From: Octopus vulgaris
Taxonomy: Eukaryota
Reading direction: 5' to 3'
NCBI GenBank assembly: GCA_951406725.2
Contig: OX597815.1
Location: forward strand, 1,922,001 to 1,986,000
Length of the DNA: 64,000 bases
Made by a program: the position numbers and the translations under genes. A model generated the notes under the pieces. That model worked only from the letters and a program-made list of their open reading frames with translations. It was not told the DNA's origin and did not search any database. The number at the start of each line of letters is the position of its first letter. Position 1 is the first letter of the stretch. Of the stretch, positions 55,234-64,000 are shown in pieces.

Positions 55234-56045
55234 CCCATTCATACATTGTGAATGAGGAGCGTCAGAAAGAGGTTAGATCTAGTTTCGATTTGGGGAAATT
55301 GCTTCTTTTCATAAAAAAACAAAACAGCCAATAGAATCTATATATATATATAAATGAGAATACAAGTGTGCGTATATCTGTATGTGTGTGTGTACATAGA
55401 CGCTAGACGTAATGTGCGTAGAAACATCATTAAAGTGAAGGTGTATCAACAGAAAAATATCTTAAGGTTTGTTTGCGCGCGTGAGAGAGAGAGGGGTGGG
55501 GTGGGGTGGGCGGTGGGTGAAAAAGACAGACTCCAGCAAAGAATTCCATTTGCACAGCTTTTCAGTCAGCGCTACTCACAACTTGGAGGGGGCAAATATA
55601 AAGCTATTTATAATGAGTATCACACACACACACACACACACACGTATGTATGTATGAATGCATGCGCGCGTGTGTATGTATGTGTATATATATATATATA
55701 TATACACACACACATACATGCATTCATATATATATATATATAGGCTGGTGATGCAAAGAGGTAAAACAGAAGTCAAAGCATGAGTGTATATTATAAGTTA
55801 TATAGGTAACACACTTAGTCGCTTTAACAAAGGGATGTGGGTTCGACTCTCATGCGGATAGAAAAGCCTTCTTTTTTTCTGTCGAGGGCTTATATGCCCC
55901 TTTATTAGAAAATGTTCCTCAGTCATTGCATGGTGATTGCCATAAGCTTTAAGTTTATTATTATTATTTACCCGATTGTAAAAACGGTGCCTTATAAAAA
56001 TACAACAAACCATTCGCACCGAAAGTATATATCATTTATACGTAC

Positions 56046-56425
56046 TGGCTGTGTGGTAAGTAGCTTGCTAACCAACCACATGGTTCCGGGTTCAGTCCCA
56101 CTGCGTGGCATCTTGGGCAAGTGTCTTCTACTATAGCCCCGGGCTGACCAATGCCTTATGAGTGGATTTGGTAGACGGAAACTGAAAGAAGCCTGTCGTA
56201 TATATGTATATATATATATGTATGTGTGTGTTTGTCCCCCTAGCATTGCTTGACAACCGATGCTGGTGTGTTCACGTCCCCGTCACTTAGCGGTTCGGCA
56301 AAAGAAACCGATACAATAAGTACTGGGCTTACAAAGAATAAGTCCCGGGGTCGATTTGCTCGACTAAAGGCGGTGCTCCAGCATGGCCGCAGTCAAATGA
56401 CTGAAACAAGTAAAAGAGTAAAAGA
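56046..56425 (+). mobile_element. SINE family A
   Basis: Near-identical to 12792-13201. Confidence 0.9.
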
Positions 56426-56461
56426 TACACACACACACACACACATTTACTGTTATTACTA

Positions 56462-56573
56462 ATAATTGGCAGAAGTTACAGAGTGACTCAAGAGCCAAGA
56501 GTCACGCACGTTGGCACTTACCAACGAACGAAACTCTCGGTCCTTGAGTCACTCTGTAACTTCTGCCAATTAT
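56462..56573. repeat. Perfect 31-bp inverted repeat with structured spacer (MITE-like or hairpin)
   Basis: ataattggcagaagttacagagtgactcaag / cttgagtcactctgtaacttctgccaattat. Confidence 0.85.
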
Positions 56574-56784
56574 ATATAGTGTATATGTGTGTGTGTGTGT
56601 GTGGGTGGGGGTGTGTGTTGTATACACGTGTACATGCATGTGAGCATATACGTATGCGTATACCCACATACTATTTAATTAGCCTGCATGTAGAATGGAG
56701 CCCCACTGCCGGTGATGGATATCGGAACATAGCGTCTAATTAGAAATGAACATGCAGATGTGGGTGGGTGTGTGTGTGTGTAAA

Positions 56785-56802
56785 AAGACAGACAGACAGA
56801 CC

Positions 56803-56848
<46 letters not shown>

Positions 56849-56870
56849 CAGATAGACAGACAGACAGACC

Positions 56871-56904
<34 letters not shown>

Positions 56905-56908
56905 CAGA

Positions 56909-56943
<35 letters not shown>

Positions 56944-57004
56944 GTAGACAGACAGACAGACAGATAGGTAGGTAGACAGTTAGACAGACAGACAGACAGA
57001 TAGG

Positions 57005-57040
<36 letters not shown>

Positions 57041-57122
57041 TAGATAGACAGATAGACAGACAGATAGATAGATAGACAGATAGACAGACAGACAGACCGA
57101 TAGATAGAAAGATAGATAGATA
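56785..57122. repeat. (GATA)/(GACA) compound microsatellite
   Basis: Direct inspection. Confidence 0.95.
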
Positions 57123-58074
57123 CCCAAGCGAGCACGAAATTGTAATGTTTTTAGAAGATAACTGAGGAAAGATGTCCCGACGTATGTGAGATTTTTCCCA
57201 TCTTTGTCCTCTTTCTGTGCAATTTTCTCTCTCTCTCTCTGTATGTATGTATGTATATATATATATATATATACACACACATATGTCGTCTTTCTGTACA
57301 ACAACTTATGCTTACACACACACACACACATTAAGAAAAACACGTGTATATAATACATTAAGTTAGACCCTAAAATAATATTTTTGATGAACAAAACAGG
57401 AAACAGATGAAGACGAACTCAGAACTAAATGGCAACGGTGATGAGACGGGGGGGGGGGCGTCCCCTCTGCCAGAATTACAATAATAATGAATTCAGGGGT
57501 ACAGCATCAACAGCAGTTGTGTCTAATTTACAAGGTTAGTGGCATTGAGGGGAGAGGTTTGTCCGCTTACACTGGCCCCAGTATTTGACCGGTACTTTAT
57601 TCCTTGGCAGAATTTGAACTCAGGGTATCAAGAGTTAGAGTGGGGTACCTCAAAGCATTTTGTCAAAGCAATAAAGCGTAAAGAGGAATATATAATACAG
57701 ATTGCATATATACACATACAAATACATACACATACCTAGCTACACATGAATACACACACACAAATGTGATGGACTCTCGGGTGGATTTGAACAAAGAACC
57801 ATCCAGATGTTCGTTTGATTGCATTACCTCTTTATACATACATACATACATACATATATATCCCCAACATTGCTTGACAACCGATGCTGGTGTGTTTACA
57901 TTCCCGTAACTTAGCAGTTCGGCAAAACAGACCGATAGAATAAGAACTAGGATTACAAAGAATAAGTCTCAAGGTCGATTTGCTTGGCTAAAGGCAGTGC
58001 TCCAGCATGGCCACAGTCAAATGACTGAAACAAGTAAAAGAGTATATTTATGTATGTATGCATACACATATATG

Positions 58075-58124
<50 letters not shown>

Positions 58125-58778
58125 TATATATGCATATATATATATACATATGTATATGTATATATATATGTATATATATATGTATATATATATGTATATA
58201 TACATATATATATACACACACACACAACAGATAAATGCATAAATCCATCTACATTTATACAATTATATAGGGCTTGCAAGGTAATTGGTGACCCTGTCAG
58301 TATAGGTGCCAAGTAAAAAGCACCCAGTATGCTTTGTAAAGTGGTTGGCATTAGGAAGGGCATCCAGCTGTCAAAACCGACTATGGAGCCTGGTGCGGCT
58401 CCTTGCTCCCTCCTGTCAAGTCATCCAACCCATGCCAGCAGGGAAAATAGAGGAATGATGATGATGTTTACGCAGATATAAATATACAAACATGCATACG
58501 TACACCAATGATGATGTTATGCATAACATCATCATCATTCAATGTCTGTGTTCCCCACTGGCATAAGTCGGATGGTTTAACAGAATCCGACAGCAGAAGA
58601 CTGCATCATGCTTTGATGTGTTGTTTCTATGACTGGGTGCCCTTCCTAATGCCAAATGAAGATTGGTGACAGGGAAGACATCCGGATGCAAAAAGTCTGC
58701 CTCAGACAGGCATGGAAAAGAGGAAGCTAAAACAATCAAGAACAATATGATGTGCACACACACATACACACACATGTA

Positions 58779-58820
<42 letters not shown>

Positions 58821-59883
58821 GATACATACACACCCACACATATACAGAGACATCTTAATAGTAAATAGACAGCATTATTTTTTTAAAAATTACTTCTGGA
58901 AGCAAAAAAGTATGTCAATTGAGGCATTTAAATACTTAATCTAGTATTTAGTAAACTTGTGTTGGTTTTAATGATTTAACCCGTTTGAGCATACAACTAA
59001 CGAGTAAAGTCTGGACAGATAAAATGCTATCATGAGGCTGTTGCATATACTTTTGAGAAGTGAGTGCATGTGTATGTGCATGGATGTAAACAACCACACA
59101 CACATCATCGTCCTTGTTTAACGTCCGTTTTCCATGCTGGCATGGGTTGGACGGATCGACCAGGAGTCTGGGAAGCCGGTAGGCTGCACCAGGCTCCAGT
59201 CTGATCTGGCAGTGTTTCTTACAGCTGGATGCCCTTCCTAACGCCAACCACTCCGAGAGTGTAGTGGGTGCTTTTTACGTGCCACCGGCACAGGGGCCAG
59301 AGGGGGCTGACATTGGCCACATTTGGATGGTGCTTTTACGTGCCACCCGGCACAGGAGCCAGTCAAAACATATTTATATAGGTACGTACATATGAATAAA
59401 CAAATGTATATGCACATGTATGTATCTGTATGTGTGTATATATTTGTATACACATGCACACACACATACATACATACACACACACACATACATACATACA
59501 TATATCCCTGCTATCCACCTCCATGTCAAACCATCCAACCCATTCCACCATGGAGCCCGGACGTTAAATGATGATGATGATGATGATGACATGTATATAA
59601 ATTGTAAAGGAATAGGGATTTGGAATCTGGACAGGTACCTTATTAGCACTTTCTTATAATCCAGATCTGGCCAACCACATCGAATGATAGGGAACATGCA
59701 AAATCATTCACCCATCCATGTGGGTAAACCTTTGAACAAAGCTGGATAGGAATATCTACCCTGGATGCATGTGCACTGCAACCGAATCAGCTACATGTAC
59801 ATGGATGCTACATGAAAGGATATTAGAACACCTATCCAGTAGAAACATGTGTCAAATTGGAACATGAGGAGAATAAAACTGTA

Positions 59884-60271
59884 CATCATTTACATTTGAC
59901 AGATATTTGTCCTCATCTTGTTTGTTGTTAACACAACATTTTGGCTGATATATTCTCCAGCCTTCTTCAGGTGTCTTGAGGAAATTTTGAACCAGTACGC
60001 CATATGCTCATGGGCATATGGCGTAGTGGTTAAGAGCCCAGGCTACTAACCCCCAAGATTCCGAGTTTGATTCCAGGCAGTGACCTGAATAATAATAACA
60101 TCAAAAAAATACCTCAGGAATGAGAACTCAGGTTCGAAATTTTCCCAAGACACCTGATGAAGGCTGGAGAGTATATCAGCCGAAATGTTGTGTTAACAAC
60201 AAACAAGATGAGGACAAATATCCGTCAAACGTAAATAATGTACATACGTCCTCATCTCTTAAATATGGAAC
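59884..60271 (+). mobile_element. tRNA-headed hammerhead element (copy 3), palindromic, with 12-bp TSD
   Basis: TSD aataaaactgta at 59872-59883 and 60272-60283; inverted arm to about 59993 includes a minus-strand hammerhead (59930-59975, GAAA decayed); plus-strand hammerhead 60149-60194. Confidence 0.9.
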
Positions 60272-60321
60272 AATAAAACTGTAATAAACAAATTTTGAAG
60301 AGGCACAATTCTTCATATATA

Positions 60322-60715
60322 TACTCTTTTACTTGTTTCAGTCATTTGACTGCAGCCATGCTGGAGCAGCACCTTTAATTGAGCAACTCGACCCCGGAAC
60401 TTATTCTTTGTAAGCCGAGTACTTATTCTATCGGTCTCTTTTGCCGAACCGCTAAGTGACGGGGAGGTAAACACACCAGCATCGGTTGTCAGGCAATGCT
60501 AGGGGGACAAACACAGACACACAAACACACACACACATACATACATATATATACATATATACGACAGGCTTCTTTCAGTTTCCGTCTACCAAATCCACTC
60601 ACAAGGCATTGGTCGGCCCGGGGCTATAGCAGAAGACACTTGCCCAAGATGCCACGCAGTGGGACTGAACCCGGAACCATGTGGTTGGTTAGCAAGCTAC
60701 TTACCACACAGCCAT
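60322..60715 (-). mobile_element. SINE family A
   Basis: Reverse complement of 12792-13201. Confidence 0.9.
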
Positions 60716-60809
60716 ATTCACCTATACACATACACAACTCCTGGATCGGGAGATGGTGGTGATAAACAAGATAATGGTTCTGTTGCTCATTTAAAAGATA
60801 AGACTGAGA

Positions 60810-61710
60810 AACCAGGCAGAAATAAAATGGTGGAATATAAAATGATTGGATGTGAAGAATGGGAAAGAGGAGGAAATGATGAGGACACAGTGAAAGCCAG
60901 CCAAAAGGGGGAGTAGAGAAACTGGCTGAATAGGATTACGAGAAGTGGAGAGTAAAGATCCTGTTTGAGTGAGTTGAGATGATGTGCATTGGTGAAAAGA
61001 GATGAGTCAGGAAAGGTGTTACGGCAGATGAGTATGAAGAAGGAGTTTTACTCATTGCTGGACAAGGATGAGCAATGGAAGGTAATTGATGCTGAATACA
61101 AGGAAATACAAAATATGAAGAATCATGACGTATATGAAGGTGTGGCCCAAACAGGTTTGATAAAAAACAGGTTTGCATTAAAAAAATTGTTCAAATCTTT
61201 GGTGTTTTTTAACAAGAAAATGTTATATGGACCTGTAAGGGTCACAAGGAGCACGGTTGAGAACTGCTGGTGTAGAGGAAAGTCAGTTAAGTGGGAAAAA
61301 GATGAGTCTGGTGGTGATGCATGTGGGGGGGGGGGGAGTTTGTGAAAATGAAGTTTGAGGAGGATGTGAGTATAGAAGTGGGAAAGGAGTTTAAGGTAGG
61401 AACTCACGGGAGTGGAACATTGCAATAGGAAGGAGTGGGACTGAATGGTAATCAAAGAAAGGAATCACTGCACTTTCAGATTTATATACGTATCATCCAA
61501 ATCTCACATAAAAATAAAGAAAGAATGGTCATTATGGAAAAGTGATGAAGAACCAGAATTAAAAAGACAGACAGATCAAATGATGCCACTGCCTACACAG
61601 ACTCATCCAGATATATCATTTGATATTTGTAGAACAATCCTGGAACAACCACAAAGTAAGGATGTTGTTTGAGGATGATGAAGCATTACAAAAGTTGAAA
61701 TCTAGGAAAG
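60810..61710 (+). pseudogene. Degraded Ty1/copia pol remnant (possibly GalEa-like)
   Basis: WKVIDAEYKEIQNMKNHDVYE and TQTHPDISFDIC resemble copia RT N-terminal and TRPD motifs. Confidence 0.55.
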
Positions 61711-62334
61711 GTTCCATATTTCCAACATCCGGAAAGTCTTCAGATCTAAATCATCATCATCATCGTTTAACGTCCACTTTCCATGCTAGCATGGGTTGGA
61801 TGGTTCGACTGGGAGTCTGGAAAGCCAGGAGGCTGCACCAGGCTCCAGTCTTGATCTGGCAGAGTTTCTATAGCTGGATGCCCTTCCTAACGCCAACCAC
61901 TCCGAGAGTGTAGTGGGTGCTTTTACGTGCCACCGGCACGGGGGCCAGTCAGGCCATACTGGCAACAACCTCACTCGTTTCGAATTTCAAATTGGTTTCA
62001 AATTTTGGCACCAGGCCAGTAATTTCAAAGGTGGGGATAAGTTGGTTACGTTGACCCCAGTGTTCAACTGGTACTTATTTTATTGATCCCTGAAGGACAA
62101 AAGGCAAAATCGATTCCAGTGGCATTTGAATTCATGACATAAAGTTGGAGGTAATGCTGCCAAGCAATTCTTCCATTGAGGGTAACAATTCTGCTGGCAC
62201 GCTGCCTCCTTCCTTCAGATCTAAATATTGTCAGCTTTCCTGATGTTATTGATGCTAGTTTGGAAGATGGGGCTTCAGAGAGAGGATTTCATTCATTGCT
62301 GAGAACAAACAAAATAGCTTCAATATGCTCTCGC

Positions 62335-62720
62335 TTTTACTTGTTTCAGTCATTTGGCTGTAGCCATGCTGGAGCACTGCCTTTAGTCGAGGAAATCGAC
62401 CCCAGGACTTATTCTTTGTAAGCCTAGTACTTATTCTATCGGTCCCTTTTGCCGAACCGCTAAGTTACGGGGATGTAAACGCACCAGCATCGGTTGTTAA
62501 GCGATGTTGGGGGACAAACACAGACACACACACACACATATATATATATACATATATACGACGGGCTTCTTTCAGTTTCTGCCTACCAAATCCACTCACA
62601 AGGCTTTGGTCGACCCGAGGTTATAGTAGAAGACACTTGCCCAAGGTGCCATGCAATGGGACCGAACCTGGAACCATGTGGTTGGTAAACAAACTACTTA
62701 CCACACAGCCACTCCTACGC
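62335..62720 (-). mobile_element. SINE family A, full length
   Basis: Reverse complement of 12792-13201. Confidence 0.9.
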
Positions 62721-62914
62721 TGTTCATAAAAAAAAAAAAAAAGCTGGAGGGTAAAATGAAGAAACCCTTAATTTCAGCAAGTCTTAAACTCAGTGAAGCT
62801 GCTGATGTCTTTGTGGTTGCTATGAAACAGTGAATGACTGAGTTTTTTTCAGATTGCCGCAGGGGCTCTGCAAAACATTAACTCATCATTTGTAAGGACC
62901 TTAAATCCATTCAA

Positions 62915-63358
62915 CCCATTAGCATTTAACCCTTTCATTACTCTATCTATTTCGAGATGCTCTCTGTTTCTTTCAATTATTTTAAATATAACAAAGAATT
63001 TAGTAAAATAACTTCGTTATTATCATTAAGCTAGAGTTATGAACACAAATTGTGACTAAGGTTTGGTGGAAGATTTTAATTAAAAACTTATGAAAACAAG
63101 ACATTTTATCACAGAGCCAGAGCCAGTTTTGGCTGGGTTAGTAACAAAAGGGTTAAATTGGCCCCTTATCCAGTTTAAATGCTGTTTTATTTTCAAACTG
63201 GTCAGATCTGACAGCTCACACCTACCCTACAGTGTCACTTTAAAAATAAACAATGGCATCATCAAAATCTCAAAGCTATGAAATAATGAAGGATTAATTA
63301 AAAATGATTGTGAAGACATAAACATCACTTTCGACAGAGTAAACTGAATGCTAAAGGG
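62915..63358. mobile_element. Nested piggyBac-like MITEs (inner element 62930-63152 in a TTAA site)
   Basis: Inner ttaa|ccctttc..aaaaggg|ttaa; outer cccattagcatt..aatgctaaaggg. Confidence 0.7.
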
Positions 63359-63718
63359 TGACTCTTGTGATTGTTGTTTGAGAGTCAAAGCAAGAAAAAA
63401 TATAAAAGAAATAATTACCAACAAAGAAGTTAAGATACAATGAATCAAAAGCTGTGAGCAAATCTAAGAAAACCCACTATCTCTATCTACCAAATGCAGA
63501 GAAGCATCCTCTGAGATCTGGGGGGGATGGGGGTGAGGTGAAACTAAATGCCTTACAATCCATGCTAGTTCTGTATAATCTCTGTATATATTGCATCATA
63601 TTAATCCATAGTTTCAAGGACATCTGGAAGTTTGGATATTGGAGAATTTCAATGTGTCACCAAAATGTCTATAGCTGGATGCCTTTTGTAAAAGGTTGTT
63701 TTACCCTTAATTTATACA

Positions 63719-63827
63719 GCAATAAGAAAATGGCAGGGATCAAGAGGTGGTGTTCATCAACTTTTAGACATTATATTATGTCTAAAAGTTGATGAATACC
63801 ACCTCTTGATCCCTGCCATTTTCTTAT

Positions 63828-63830
<3 letters not shown>
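63719..63830. repeat. 53-bp near-perfect inverted repeat with 6-nt loop
   Basis: gcaataagaaaatggcagggatcaagaggtggtgttcatcaacttttagacat-tatatt-reverse complement with one G.T. Confidence 0.95.
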
Positions 63831-63866
<36 letters not shown>

Positions 63867-63964
63867 ATCCAAACATGAAAACATAAAGAGAAAACACAAC
63901 AACGCGAGGACGTGGAACAAATATAGTGTTATTGGACGCTCAGGAAGGAAAGGAAAGAAGGAGG

Positions 63965-63999
63965 GTTTAACGTTTCGAGTGGAGCTCTTCGTCAGAAAC
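63965..63999 (-). ncRNA. Minimal type-I hammerhead in a Penelope-like pLTR (element about 63863 to beyond the window)
   Basis: GUUU-CUGACGA-A-GAG(CUCCA)CUC-GAA-ACGU-U-AAAC: complete core, stems I and II, palindromic stem III. Confidence 0.75.
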
Positions 64000-64000
64000 A

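Noticed and set aside
55795-55862. tRNA-Lys-like sequence (gggttcgactc); similar remnants near 27375-27430 and 28745-28810
   Set aside because: Only a B-box survives, no cloverleaf; old SINE heads at best

Overview
AT-rich, repeat-saturated eukaryotic non-coding DNA (intron or intergenic), most likely from a coleoid cephalopod (Octopus-like); this is inferred from the SINE/RTE repertoire and microsatellite density. No protein-coding exon can be supported; almost all track ORFs are translations of SINEs or microsatellites. Content: about 60 copies or fragments of three tRNA-derived SINE families and 5'-truncated RTE LINE 3' ends, two dead mariner elements, CR1-type and Ty1/copia remnants, hAT- and piggyBac-type MITEs, a (TAA)n-targeted 555-bp element, and long microsatellites. 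The standout signal is nine minimal type-I hammerhead ribozyme motifs (intact to degenerate) in five unrelated short non-coding elements with Penelope-like architecture. One family (3 copies) fuses a tRNA-derived Pol III head to a hammerhead-bearing tail and is integrated as a head-to-head palindrome, a candidate Penelope-mobilised ribozyme SINE. Also present: several long fold-back hairpins (one pre-miRNA-like) and a ~21-kb CpG-retaining domain.
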